Assembly: GCF_008831285.2 (NCBI RefSeq)
Contig: NC_045138.2
Location: 7,068,001-7,132,000, forward strand
Reading direction: 5' to 3'
Source of the DNA: Nymphaea colorata
Taxonomy: Eukaryota
DNA length: 64,000 nucleotides
A program made the translations under genes and the position numbers. Each line of letters begins with the position of its first letter. Position 1 is the stretch's first letter. Shown one piece after another: positions 41,981 through 56,406 of the stretch. Below the pieces are notes generated by a model. The model was not told the origin of the DNA. It saw only the letters and a list, made by a program, of their open reading frames with translations, and ran no database searches.

Positions 41981-44900
41981 GACATATTGGAGAAAGGCAT
42001 GGCAAGTTGGTGCTTGTAATTATGTGAATAAACTATAGAGAACAAGGGGACAGGGTCCCCCCTCCCCTCCTCCACTGCCATAATATATTTAAATATTTAT
42101 TTTTCATATCCATAGTCAGTTTGAATTCACAATGCTTGTTTTGTGGAAATATTTTATGTATAAAAGAAAATTCTGAAACTGGTTCTTTGGATCTTGACCC
42201 GATGGAGGATTCGGATTCGAACAGGTCTTGTATGGACTGATAACTGGTTTGTCCGGGTTGTGGATCTGGTATGAACCGGTACTGGTTCCAGTCTTTTGGA
42301 TAGAGCAGACCCTGCTCTCCTGTGGCAGCCATGGTAGTGCTGGGTCACATGGATCTGTTCTCTGTTTTTGTTTTTATTGAAGAAGGCATATACCCACTTG
42401 TTTGTCTTCACATGGATCTGGATATCTGATCTACCTGTTCCGAGATAAAACAAAAGAAGTCATTAACAAATTCTACCTAGTAATAATTCTTGACACAATA
42501 CACTTGCCGATCCATGATCCAATTTAGTTTGGGACCATTTTTTATGTTACCGTGGTAGGTTTGCTAGGCATCCTGTTCAGTAGAAAACACCTTTATGCTT
42601 CCCAAGTATGTTATAGATAAAAGCATGCTTTCTAGAGCTGGGAAGCCCAAAAAAAAAGGAAAGTTCTAATTAGTATATCAATTTTTGGTAATAGAAGGTT
42701 TGAGTAGGTGAAAAATTCCGATAACATGAATCATTATGAAAAGATAGTTGTGCCCTTTTATTTTTCCATATTTAGGTTTATTATATGGGAAATAACACTT
42801 ACATTGAGAGACTTAATCACTTGCTCGAGACATAAAACCCTATTAATTAGTGTCATACCTTGCACAGAAAGTTGATGCTCATAGAATTCGAACCAACCAA
42901 GGCTGCTTGTCTAATGGCGAGGCCTGGCTTCACTAGGGGTGGAGCCAAGGTAGTGCCCGCAAAGGCCCTGATCCCACCTCCAAAACAAAATTAAAAAATT
43001 TACATGTAAATTTTAAAAAATTTCACCTGTCCCATATAAAATTTGGAAAAATGATATTTCGGCCCATGTCAAAATTTAGAAATTTTAATTCGGCTTTCCT
43101 CATGAAAAATTTTTGGCCTTCACTAGGTCAACTCTTTTGGGGCTAAGTCAAGTCCCCTATTTAATTTTTGAATCATCAAATAATTTAAAGTCCTTTTAAA
43201 AGAAGTTTTACTTAGCTGGTGTGTGTAGTGTATCAAACTCGGAATGAACATCATAATACAATCATCATAATGTCCATTTTCTTTCTGTTCCATATAAGGA
43301 ACAGATGAGGACATACTTTCCCATACCTCAACCGAAAACTACTTGCAACAGATTGGATTTCAATCAGAGGTACCCTTCATCAGATTTGATTTATCAGATA
43401 TGCATATTTAAATATGAAAGCAGAAATACCTATCCCATGTCTGAAGCCAAATTTTGAAATTCAAAATCTGGATCTGATCCAAGTCTGACTTTTAAATTCA
43501 CAGCCGGATTTTAATTTCACAACCGAGTCCATACTGCATCATAAAACTGACTTTAGATATAGAATATTTGCTTAAAACCAGATCCGATTTTGAATCGGAT
43601 CAAATTCTGCTCAGATATCTTTTTGAAGCCAAATGCAATCCCAAACCCGATTGGATGTCGTTTTTAAGTCCAAACTCAATCGAATTGCTTAATTGGATGT
43701 TAATTTTTTTTCCCATATCCAACTTTGTTGAAGCAATTTGATCCAATCCATTGACATCCCCGGAAATCTTTCTTCCCATTTTTGTGAACTTCCCTTGCTC
43801 AATATGCAAATGATTTGTTTCTGCTTTAGTTGCGGAGCCACACATATTTGGCTGAAGAGCACTCACCATATATTTGAAAGGTATTATACGTATAAATATG
43901 CAAAAAAATTAAGGTAAACTAATAAATAAACAAGGGGTCTTTATTAGACCGTATGGGCAATTGCCCACACATGTCTCTGCCCCTGCGTGCTTTTCATATC
44001 CTTATGGTTAGGTCAGATCATTTAAGCAAGCAGGTTCATTTTAATGCGGCCGGGCCCGCGGGCTTAAACGGACCATAAAAGCTCCAGTATCGATCCAAAC
44101 AAGAAAAGCCAATTTTGATAGATCCAAACACTAAGAACAAGCTTGTTGGTCCCTGAAAATGTTTCAGAACCATTTTTTATCAAATACAGCAAAAGTGGGC
44201 ATAGTTAATTAAGCCTTTTCTTCTCTCAGAAGATGAAAGGGTTTTCTTAATGGCCAAAGGCACAATTTGCAATAAGCTTTTTCTGTGGTTTAACACTTTT
44301 CTTCACACCGTTTAGAAAAATGCCAAAATTACTTGTTTCTATTTTCTAATTTTCATTTATGAATTATCTACTTTTTTTTATGTTGTTTTATTAGTTTCTC
44401 ATTTATTTTATTTTTTCTTAATTCTTAAGAATTTTATTTTTTTTTTCTTTTCCTTTTTTGTTCTGTGTTCTTCACGGTGTTATGCCCAAGAAAACCTCTC
44501 CTTTTAAAACATAAACATGAGTATGCTCCTTTATGCCCATCGTTTTCTCCTTTCCATTAATTTGGAAGCGTGGTTAGTAATCTTCGGACTTGGTATCCGT
44601 TCGGACAGGCATATATATTCGCTGTTTTGTTTTTATTTGTTGAAAACAAACGAGGCATACATGTTGCAAGAGCTTAGAAGTCATTCCATATATGTAGGTA
44701 ATTAAATATGATGCTAATGTATATATATTAAAAGTGTATGAAATAAAATGTGCATATCTTATTGTAATAATTATAAAGACAAACATAAAAGCAACTATAA
44801 AATTTAGGAATTTTTATCATTTTGGGTTCCCTTTTTGGTGATTCTCAACTAAAGTCTCATTTTCATGCAAGTTGACCTACGAACAAAGAATGGTAGCTGA

Positions 44901-46464
44901 AATAATATATATATATATATATATAATCTCTTACCCTCTATCACCAAATTACATTCCTATCGTTCAAAGTAAAGTTTTCAATTTCTCAAATCCAGACTAG
45001 GCCTTTATTCGACAATTTTTTTTTTTTAAAGTTGTCTATATTGAAGAATTAAAAAGATGGCTCTTTTTTTTAAAGTACTTGAAAAAGTGAAAAAAAAAAA
45101 GAAATCTCCTTAAATTTCATCATGGTCAAGTTAATGATAAAAAAAACTTTGTTGGGAATCACTCAATTGATTTGGCTGTGCCTCCTCAAATTGCATGGTG
45201 TCAAACTAAGTTTTGGGCAAGTGAGAGGTTATTCTCTATCCAAACAAGAGCCAAAAGCTTTCCTACTTTCCTTTGTCCTCAGGGTCTAGAGATGTATTAG
45301 TACTAAGTTGTGAGACAACACCATGCTTCTGTTTGCATGTATATATATATATATATATATATATTTGAGCAAAATCTGTCACATTTTGGTTTTCGGATAA
45401 AATTTCTGTGATGCATAAGATTCATCAACCATACGGTGAAGATCATAGTTGCTACATAGAAAAATGAAGAAAAAAATTGAGGAAAAAACAGTAGGTGGGG
45501 GATGAGAAGAAGAAAGAAAATGGTCGAAACTAGTGGAAGCAATTCTTTTGTGTGCATATATATAACCCTTAGGTATGGGACAACAATTATGGCTACTTAA
45601 ATTCTTGTCAGGAATGATTTTATATAAAATATCAAGGCGTCCATGACTACTTAAATTCTTGCCGTGAATTATTTTAAATAAAATACCAAAGTTTTTCCAT
45701 GAGCTAATAATTTTTTATATATTAAGTGTATTTCAACCCGCAACATTGACATAATATATCATTCCAATCAAATAATTCCTAAAATCACAACATTACACAA
45801 AAAGTATGTTAGTTCTTGTTCCAGCCCAAGTGGTCTAACTTTTAATTTGGTTCTATGGGTGTGTGTATATGAGTAGATATATAACAGTTAGAGAACAAAA
45901 AAAAAGTAGAGAAAAACCATTTCGAGTTGTTTCATTTTGAAACTGGCTTTTCAAACTTTCCCTTTTCTCTTACTCTGCTACCTACCTTTCTCTCTGTCTG
46001 ATATGTGTGTCTAATTCTTTATTTGCAATGTTTATTACGTAGTGATTATAAATATGCTAAAATTTGGAGATTTACCTAACCCAAGGTATGGGATAACTAA
46101 AAAAGGTGTGCTTTCCTAGAAGATGATTTAGGATGTGACTCTTTAAATTGCCTTTTTTTTTTTCTACGGCCTCTAAGAGAGGCCACGAGCGCCCCCTGGG
46201 TTTACATGACATGCTTTGGGACTTTTTATGGTTTAGAAATAAAACATACTGGGACGTAACAATGATCTCTTTAAGATTCAAACACGAGCACTTTGAGGAA
46301 AGGACCACCTTACCACCCCTATGTGAGTGGTTGAAATTCCCTTTTGACATGATTAAACTTGGTAGTGTTTTCAGAAATCTGAACAGTGTCATTAAATGAT
46401 TACTTCCATACGTTTTGGGGTGAAATTTTTCGGTATAACTGAACCCATCAACTTATAACTAAAA

Positions 46465-46655
46465 CTTCCTTCCTTCTCCTTGACTCCAGCTTCCAGTCTA
46501 CTTTATAGGGCCTGTTTGAAGAGACTGTCTACTGCCAACTTGGTATCATGCTCCACCAAATATGGCCCAAGAGCATGGCGCTTACGGGAATCGAACTAAG
46601 GACACAAGGTCTTCGTGCCCACCAGTTCGATCAGCTTCACCATTCCCCTTGGGGC
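46465..46655 (-). mobile_element. tRNA-derived SINE
   Basis: Minus strand GCCCCAAGGGGAATGGTGAAGCTGATC...AGTTCGATTCCC (B box at 46586-46597); tail GGAGTCAAGG.GAAGGA also seen at ~60560. Confidence 0.65.
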
Positions 46656-47448
46656 GAATGAGAGTTATAATTTGATAGACAATTGGTTTTGATGTGATAC
46701 GCTTGCTTCGTCAAAATCAACACATTCATATTCATATTCTTATCTTTTTTTTTTCTTTTTCCTTTTTTGCACACACATATTTGATTACCAAAATCAGTCA
46801 TATTGTAATAAAAAGATTGGGCCTCTTGGGATGATTCTAGGTACAGGATCAGAGAAATTTTGGTTTCTAACCAGACCATATCTCACCACAAGGCAAGTAT
46901 CCAGAAATTGCTGGATCTTGGTATATGTAGCTGAAGAACCAAGTAACAAACATACTGAAAAGCTAGCTGGTCGGACTATGGTTTTTGTAAAGAAGCAGAT
47001 CTCTAGTTCGATTTTTGTGGGTATTATACTTCTACATCTTCTATATCTTAAGTGATAGATGTTGTACCTAAATTAAAGGGTACACTGTTGCTATCGTTGA
47101 TGTCAATACTGTCAAGGATCCCAAAAGAAAGCGGGAATGGAGGCCCTTCAGTAGTTTTTCCCGTCCATGAGTTATTAATCTATAGCTCACCGACACAAAG
47201 TAGTGGCTTGAAATAGAGCAAAGGTTGTATACCCATTGAGAGGAGTGTAGAAAAAGTCTGGCTTTGGTCATGCCCACTTCATCATCTGCTATTCAATTTG
47301 GGCGAGATGATAACGCTGTTGATACTTTTAGTATGAAATGGAGAGACTTTGCAGTGGATGGCACCTTGAGGTTGACTGGTAGAGAGGAAAAGGCAACAAG
47401 GGAAAGGGCAATGCTTCTTTTCCAAGCAAATATCTATGATGAATACCT

Positions 47449-47497
<49 letters not shown>

Positions 47498-48721
47498 GGA
47501 TCCCTTCATTGATGTCCATGAATGATTATAGATGTTCCAAAAAAGCAGATAACAAAAGTTTGATGAACTGGGTGATGATCAGAGCGGGATCTTATGTCTT
47601 CTTTAGGTAATCTAAAATGATTAATGAGATCACATTGCTTTCAATAATTAGAAAAAAGTATATCATGTGGGTACTGCTCTCAATTTTTCTCATTATTTCA
47701 CATTGAAGTTACTCAAGAATTCAATACCCAGGTTGTGTGATTTCTTGGAATAACTTGGTAAATCTATTCCAATCAATCAAAAGGAAAGTAAAAAAAAAAA
47801 ATTCTCCCAACAATATGATACTTTCTTCTAAAAAAATTATATCCGAGTGTCATTTTGGCGTGTCCATGTGATGAAAGCCCTATACACCTACTACTCCCCC
47901 AGCCTGCTCTCAATCTCACTTCCTCACTTTCCTCACTTTCCTCACTTAGTTTTCTATGTTTTATTATTTTAATTGAAAGGACCAATGCCCATGTCTACCA
48001 TTAAGCTAGCTAGTGCTTAATTTAGAAGCATATATATAATAAAATAATCTAGTTTAACCATTGAAAATGATGCCATATTTGACATATAGGATAAACTAAT
48101 TACTTGCTGTTTTTGGTTTAATTAGGATACTAGCTATTTGATTGCTTTCTTGTTGTTGGAATCTGCAACAAGCAGCAATTTTCTACTCTATCCTACTTTT
48201 TAATTGGGTCACTGCAACCACTTTTCTATTTCCAATGGCCAAAAAGTGTTCAATGAATTAAAGAGATCCGGATCCAAGTATCAATCAAATTTGGATTCTC
48301 TCTGTAGTTTCATAAACAACCAAATCATGATTTAGTGGTCGGCTAGATCTAACAACGATCTAACCTTATTACACATACTTAACACCGAATCTTATGTGAG
48401 ATGCATGGGAATTCAGCATTGAGAAAATAAGTTTTGAATTAGAATTTGGATCCAACTACAAGGAGATTAAGCCAATTCGGATACGTGACCCGAGTCCTAA
48501 ATCTTCACATGCTCTACTAATATAAAGTAGTAAGCTAGAGGCTATTATAAAAGCAGAGACTAATCCCATTAGGTTAAGAAGGAGCAATCATAAGATCACG
48601 TATAACTATCACATCAATCCAAATCCAAAACAGTAACGAGATAGGTTAAGGGTAGGAGGCAGGTGGTTAGGGTGGGTGAATTGTGATATGGCCGTATTGG
48701 ACAATTAGGCTTGCATGGATA

Positions 48722-48874
<153 letters not shown>

Positions 48875-50074
48875 GCGCGCACACACACACACCCAGTTAG
48901 GTTAAAGGCAACAGCTGATGCCTTCAAAACAGATTGTTGAAGTACTTTTTTTTGTACAATATTCAAACACTATGAAAATGATCCTTAGAGTGATTTGATA
49001 GAAAATATATACTAAATTAACTAAAGGTGCTTATTTGATCATTAAGAATTAATGCTGATGATAACATCAGAATGTTAAGTTCTTATGCAAATCTGTTACG
49101 AGCTCGGCCTCCAACTTTGAATACGAATTAGGAAAACGGAAAACGGAAAACGTTAATAGTTGATTAACATTGCTTTTTGTGAAAACAACTTGAATCGAAA
49201 CATGTTTTATACTCTACTACTATTCAAAAATATCTTGGCATGTTTAGATATTGTTTAAAATGATTTTTAATAAGAATTTAAACGAACCATGTATGTACGT
49301 ATTGAAATCAACAGGTTCCCTCTAGGGCCAGATGGTTACTTTTTATTTTGTGTCGCTAAAAACTGTCCAAAAGGTCAATTACTAAAAACCATAGCCAGGC
49401 AACTGAGTTTCATTTTGTGACGATCTTAGTGACAGAATTAAAAATAACCATCCGTCTGCAAAAGAAACCGACTTATTTCAATGCCTCTCTATACATGTAT
49501 ATACAGGTCCACAGAGAAAGCCGACTGATTATATATATATACACACGCACTAGAGAGATATGACATGTCCATGCATTATGTTGCATTATGTTGACATTCT
49601 TCACATCGATGATCCACTATTCTAGCAATACCAGTCCTACAGTGCACCATTCAACAGTAACTAATTCACATGACAGTATAATCATCAATTCATGGAATCT
49701 GAAAGTAGTGAACACAGCAGAACTCGTCTAAATTGAATGTTCCACTGCTTTATAGCGTTTATAAAGTAACAAGTAATAAAAAAGTAACTATAATTAAATA
49801 ACTATGCGTTTATAAGAACCAAGTACATAACTACAAAATAATACTAACAAACAACATGCACTAGATTAGTCTAATTTTAGTAAACCACTTAAATTTATTT
49901 CTTAGTAGTACTGAGTAATAACTAAAACTGGTGTTGAATGAAACAGTCTAGATTTGGTTGCAGTACTTAACTCGTTGCCTCATTCATCGGTGATCCTAGT
50001 CAACTCAGGCAATCCCAAGTCGGTTGCCGATGTTAGAAATCTATATTATGGGCCTATATATATATAATTCTGGG

Positions 50075-50129
<55 letters not shown>

Positions 50130-50280
50130 CGGGATATCTCCACAAGCCCAACTTATGGTAATCTAATTAGTCTGAGTCTATGTCATCAATATTAGTATGG
50201 ATTATTTGTGTAGAAACCATAAAAAATCCATATCTAGTTTATGAAAGGCAAAACCGTCATTTGGACCTTCATAAATAGTC

Positions 50281-50563
50281 TAAGCATGGGCACCGAGCTG
50301 GTCCGCCGGTGGGTACCCAGTACCCGGCTCAACTCGTGCTCGGGCCCGCAAAAATGGGCACCGGGCCGGTCCAGGTAGGGCTGAGCCTGGGTGGGCCTGA
50401 TAAAAAAATTTTAATATTTATTTTATTAATTTTTATACATAATTATAATACTTTATTACGATGAATTATATTTGAATATTACTTTATATCAAAAATATAT
50501 TTTTTTAATTTAGTCGGGCCGAAACCAGTTTTGGGTGTTGGGCCGGCCCGATGCCCATGCTTA
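50281..50563. mobile_element. GGGCC-rich MITE
   Basis: Perfect 12-bp TIR TAAGCATGGGCA / TGCCCATGCTTA; TSD not recognisable. Confidence 0.8.
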
Positions 50564-51609
50564 TTGTAGCCCCTAAAGCACAAGGGTTAAGAAAATTTTC
50601 ATTGTATGATGTCCTTTATTCCATCCTAGAGGGTTTCGTGTTGTACCCTTGCAGCTTCCGGAATATCCACTGGGCCTTTTTTCACTTGTGCGATGGACAT
50701 AGTATGCTTTCGCCAACTTCTCAATGATCGACTCTTATGTTTTTGGTATGTGTACCCTTGTTTATGGTTTCAGCAGACAATGTAATATTGGTGCGATCAA
50801 GCTTAAAATCCTCAAAGCAGAGAACTTCCTGGTAGGCTGAATGTAGATTCCCTTACATGGAGAGCTACTTTCCCAAGAAAGAGAATACACAGACGTATCA
50901 CTCTCGCCAAGGTTGAAGTTGTTCATTCTCTAAAAATGTTCCAAAATGAATAGCGAGTCACTCCTTTTTACTGAGTATATAGGCATGACGGGTCCATTAT
51001 GAGATCAAGCTTTTTGTCAAGGAACAGTCTTCTTTCAAGTTTGGAGGGATTAAACAGAAAATGTATTCATTCTTGTCAGGTCGATGGTTTTGTGAAAGAA
51101 TTAGAAATTTCTTGTTGAAGGATACTATTAGTCATGTCGCAAATATTGCTTTAGGTACAAAACGGCAAGTTTTTTTGTGGAGTATAATATGAGAGAGTTA
51201 TTTTTTTTTTGAAAAAATCTTGATAAATTTTAAAAAAACTAAAAATCAAATGTGAAAAATGTTAAAAAATGGTAATTGAAAAATGTAAAATATGTAAGAG
51301 AAACATGAACAGACGCAAAAAACGAAAAAGAGGAAAACTGCAAAAAAAAAACATGAAAAAACGTAAACAAACTTAAGAAAGAGGGGAATAAAATGTGTTT
51401 TTTTCGAACAAACATTTTTTTTTTCGTTTTTAGCGGCTGACTCTTTTTTAATGTTTTCTCGCGTTTTTTTTCAAATAAAACATGTTTTTCAATGAGAGTG
51501 CTATTAATGAACCAAAATCTTTAAGGTTATGGTCATATAAATGATGAAATAATCATGAGCTATCAATATAGAAATATTTAAATTTATGTGTTCTTGTGCC
51601 CATATGTGC

Positions 51610-52200
51610 CTCTACCACTGCGAGTCTGCCACAGATGCTCCCATCTTATTGAAATATATGACAAGTCTTCGAATGCCTAATCTGCATTTCAGACAATATC
51701 TTGGTGTATAATGCTTCTAATGCAGTTCGAAGAACACGTGGATATAGTTGGGCTGCTTGCTGCTTGTAGATTAATTTATCTGTGAATTCAAAAAAATATA
51801 CACATATTATAAAGGGACAGAAAAATCCTGTATAACCGATGCTTCAGCCTGTGTTAGAAAGGGAGGCAACCAGAAGTCAAAATTTTCACGTTTCTGTGAT
51901 ACAAAGACTAATATCCACCAACAAAAGAGATGAATGCCGATCAAAAGACCAACGTCGGAAGCATGTGAACCTTCAGTTTCTCTTTTTCTTTGCATTAAAT
52001 AACTGCTGGCTTTGTTCTTTTTGTAGAAGATACACCTGGATGTGCAATTCGTTGTTCATGGATGTCATTATTCAGTAAGATCACATGCATATTTGTCTTC
52101 TAAAGAAATAATGTAAGCGCTTTGCAGCGATATCGAAGCACAAATGAAGTCAGCTGGAGATCGTACGCATTAAGCATCTTGATGGCTATTTTTAAATGAC
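51610..52200 (-). pseudogene. Degenerate Ulp1/C48 peptidase-like exons (transposon-carried)
   Basis: Minus-strand pieces in the expected order: MLNAY (~52170), LLIGIHLFCWWILVFVSQKRENFDFW (51807-51995 ORF; cf. IPIH..HWxL), then after a CACAG acceptor (~51780) ...HIFQ*DGSICG (cf. QQxxGxxCG). Confidence 0.5.
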
Positions 52201-53978
52201 ACTGAAGTAAAATGATCATTCTGGAAATTGTTGGATTTAATTCTCTTGTCCATTGAATTTATTTGGGCAACCAGAAGCAGAAAAGTGAAACGTCATATCA
52301 CAAACTTGAGTTCTGTCAATTTCATTCTGCAGCAGAGGAAGAAGCTTTTGCTTCCTGTTGGTTTATTTCTTGCTATGTACCATTTCCATCACCATGACCA
52401 CTTCGTGATTTGCCGTAGTTAGAAGGCAATGCATGAAATTCCTTCAATCTGAGAAGACCCAACTCAAAAGGTGGCAGTAAGTGGTAATCTGTTTTTACTT
52501 CTTAATTGCAGTAACAGCTTAAGAGAAATCTTAACCAAGTTGCTTAACCAAATTTAACAACATAATATATGATTGATGATTTTGATAATGGAACAGATGA
52601 TGCATGTTTGCCTAAAGAGTTGCACGATTAGAAGACAATGCATGAAATTCCATACCTGCTTAAAAGACATCTAAGTGACTAAGTTGCTTAACCAAGTTTA
52701 ATGACGTAATTCATGATTGATGATTCTGATCATGGAACAGATGATACGCATGCGCCATTTGAGTGAACCGTGAAAGGATGTAATACTTTGTTGTTTCAAG
52801 TGCAACAAATTATGGCATCATGCTATCTGCAATCACAATCAATGAGTTTCCAAGCCCAATCAATTGTCACAACGATAGAGAGAGAGAGAGTCACTGGCTG
52901 ATGTTTGCTGTGGAGCATTCTCCAGTCTTACCTCCAGACTAAATGTGGGATTTAACTTCAGAATCTTCAGTAGCTGAGAGTGGATATTGCATCATCATAC
53001 AAGTCTAAAGTTTAGATCCTTTTATTTTCAGTAATGAAGGGCTTCCACTTGTCCAAGGTTAATAAAGAATAGGAAGAATAATCCTTCAAGCACTCCATTT
53101 TGCTGAAGCCAGAGAATGAGCCAGCCAATGATCAAAGCGTACATTAGGAAATAAGGTTTCTTACAGCTTGGCATGGACAAATTCATTTCATCGAAAAATT
53201 ATTCACAATGTGCACACAATCTAACGTGTTACTTCTACAGAGAAGGCATGCTTATAGCAGAAGATAAAAACAAATTAGATCCATTGTTTTGTTGAGTTTT
53301 GCAGGAGACAATATTTACTTTCATGCTTGATGTATGAAATAACAAATAAGTATAAGATAACAAAACATTTATGAGATAATGAACAGATGGATGTATGAGA
53401 CAACGCCAAATGAGATAACACCAAACATAAGTATGAGATAACAAAAAAAATTGAGATAATGAGACAGTAGACTGGATGAATGTATGAAATGTATGAAATA
53501 ACACTAAACATAGGTATGAAATAATGTTTAGGAGATAATAAAATATTTATGAGATAATAGATGGACGTATAGGATAACGCTAAACATAAACATAAAATAA
53601 TGTTTATGAGATAATAAAATATTTACGAGATGATAAAATAATATTATAAGTGGGACACAAAAATAAAAGCGTTGTTTTGTTGCTTAAAGGAATGTATTGG
53701 TCATTACAATATGCATGTACCGACTGATAAATTTTACCTTTATCGAATCTCCAAATTGTATTTTGTGGTTCTCATTTTTATCCCTACAAAAGGTTTCTTT
53801 TTTATTAAACATAGTTTTTTTTTTTGTCATACTTAAAATGATGGATGAAATTACATACAAAAAAGTGACATATATAACCAGATTCAGAGGCAAACTGCTT
53901 GTTAGAGGAATCTACAGCAACGTACCTTGAACGAGAAGAGCTTGACCAAACTCCAGCACCAACTTTCAACTAAACCAG

Positions 53979-54416
53979 CAAGATGGTGTTCATCAGTTGC
54001 GTTCATGACAGTCTGTGTTTTGTCATATTTAGGATTGAATGTTCATCTCTCATGCTTGTCCAAAGGATTGGTGGTGCTCAGCCTGCGCCACCCTTAACTT
54101 TAGGAGACATCTGAAGTCGACAAAGCATGATGCGAGGGATGAATGGGCACATCGATTGACCTGACCAAGAGAGACTGCAGCGTTTGTGAAGGCAACGTGC
54201 CAATAACTCACTTGGGGGGAATCAGCTGACGAGAACAAACAACATCAGGATGAGAAACCCACTCAATCACACAACAAAGGCCAGATGTCTCCTAAAGTTA
54301 AGGGTGGCGCAGGCTGAGCACCACCAATCCTTTGGACGAGCATGAGAGATGAACATTCAATCCTAAATATGACAAAACACAGACTGTCATCAACTCAACT
54401 GATGAACACCATCTTG
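53979..54416. repeat. Long inverted repeat: 135-bp arms (53979-54113, 54282-54416), 168-nt spacer
   Basis: The reverse complement of the right arm matches the left arm at 132/135 positions by my count; 6 more bp (AAACCA/TGGTTT) pair beyond a 1-nt bulge. Confidence 0.97.
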
Positions 54417-56072
54417 TGGTTTGAGACATTGGAAAAGTGGAGGAGACACAGTTGCAAAAAGCCTAAATTTGTGAAGAAAGCCGTAAAATCTCTCCTCCCT
54501 CTTGCCCTCTGCAATAATGCCACGAACAAGCTTTGAACATCTGCCAAGGAAAACAAGCCGCCATTGATGTTGTCCTTGAAAAAATGACCAACTCCAGCAG
54601 CTAATCGCCAGAAAGACGAGTGGCGCATCCTGTCCAAAATCTCAGTTTCGGAGGTAGTGGTTCATGCCTTGCGTATAGATGTCCAAAGACAAAATTTCCA
54701 AAGCCTGCTTGTTGACCATGTACTCTGCCTTATAAGAAAAGGCCCACGGATGGAACCAACAAAACTTGGGTTCCAGGAATAAGCCCGGGCATCACACCTA
54801 GTATGCATTGCCGAAGCAAAGAGAGAGATCCCGATTGTCATGTTTGACAAATAAGAAAGAGAGAAAGAGTGAGCAAGAATGTAATTCAGGGAGAGTCCAC
54901 TAGGTGCCAGACGACAATTGAGGAAGAGGCCCTTGATGCTAGATGTTAGATGCAAGAGGGAGAGTACATGGGGCACCGAATGATGGTCAAGGGAGAAACT
55001 AGGGCATGTAGAAGCGACCTCCTTTGAGAGAGAGAGTAGCTCTTGGATAGGGGGGAGAGAGAGAGAGACTTAGAAATAGTCAGAATAAAAGAGTCGACAA
55101 TGATGATGGTAGTTCACACGTGGTGACAATGGCTTTTCATGGACGGATCCTTGCAACAGGTACGGTAGGGTTTCTCGCAGTGGCATTTGGATGAGGTGAA
55201 TGTCCGCACAACCTTGGGTGGAGACCAAGTTACGTGCACCACCCCATGGTAGCATATGCAGGGGGTCCCTACTATCTATATGTAAAGTTTCAGTATTGAC
55301 CTCAGTGAACAAAAAAGAATATGTTCATATTTAATTGAATATCCTTATAAGATGGTGTGTACGTATAATGTTCGTTGTACAAAAAAAAGGCTCATTCACA
55401 TATTTATTTGAATGCCCATGCATCGCAAGGACGCAACATATACGTACTTAACCTGCATTGCTTCACGCCGCATGCATTATTTTACACAAAAGAAGGAAGA
55501 TGGTCAGGAAGCAGAAAAAACAAGAGAGAGAGGTTCATGCTAAAGGAAGGAATGAAGCAGAGATTGCAAGTAAAGAAAGCTTGATCTTGAAGCAGAAATA
55601 GCGTGATTGGTAACATAAACAAAAGATGGTGAGTTCACAACGATGTCAATGTGGTTTTTTGTTCGTGGACGTTAAATGAAAATTGTCATGGCTTCTATAG
55701 GGTTTGTTTTTTTCGATGGTTGGACATTCGAAAAAAATCGAAGGAGAACTTCTTGAGGAACCGAAGGAAAAGGTAATGGCAGAGCTTAAAATGGAAGAAA
55801 ATGTTGATGCAACATGCAACAAGTGCATCCCAGTTCGTGGCAGATAATGTTACAGACGAAATAACGAGTGCATCACAATTCATATGGTAGATAATGTTAC
55901 GATGTAGGTTTCAGATAGTTTGTTTGATATACTCAAATCATGGCATAACAAATGCATGAGATAACAACTTTAGGAGATATGTTTATACATCCCAGTTTAT
56001 CTCATTATTTCGTAACTATTCCTCTCGTTATTGATTGATGGAATGAGAGAAGACACATGTACAAAGTAGGTG

Positions 56073-56406
56073 ATAAGTAAACAGAGACAAGATTAATGTG
56101 ATCACGTAACAAAAGTAATTGCTACGAAGTAATAAGATAAAAACGAGTCTACCATGAAAGCTACAAAAGGTAACGAGAGAAAGAGATAACAACCCTTCTA
56201 CAAGGGATAGGGTTAATTAAATTACATGAAATAAAGTTCATAAGTAAACAGAGACAGGATTAATGTGATCACGTAACAAAAGTAATTGCTACGAAGTAAT
56301 AAGATAACAACGAGTCTACCATGAAAGCTACAAATGGTAACGAGAGAAAGAGATAACAACGCTTCTACAAGGGATAGCGTTAATTAAATGACATGAAATA
56401 AAGCTC
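56073..56406 (+). repeat. Two-copy 167-bp tandem repeat inside the MULE; related GAGATAA(C)-rich repeats at ~53330-53640 and ~58930-59500
   Basis: ATAAGTAAACAGAGACA.GATTAATGTGATCACGTAAC... starts at 56073 and 56240. Confidence 0.92.

Noticed and set aside
47060..47450. Coding-like composition with broken reading frames
   Set aside because: No motif I can assign; may be a retroelement scrap
54422..54445. TGAGACATTGGA next to the hairpin, resembling part of a miR2275 target site
   Set aside because: Only the half pairing with the miRNA 3' end matches; the seed-pairing half does not
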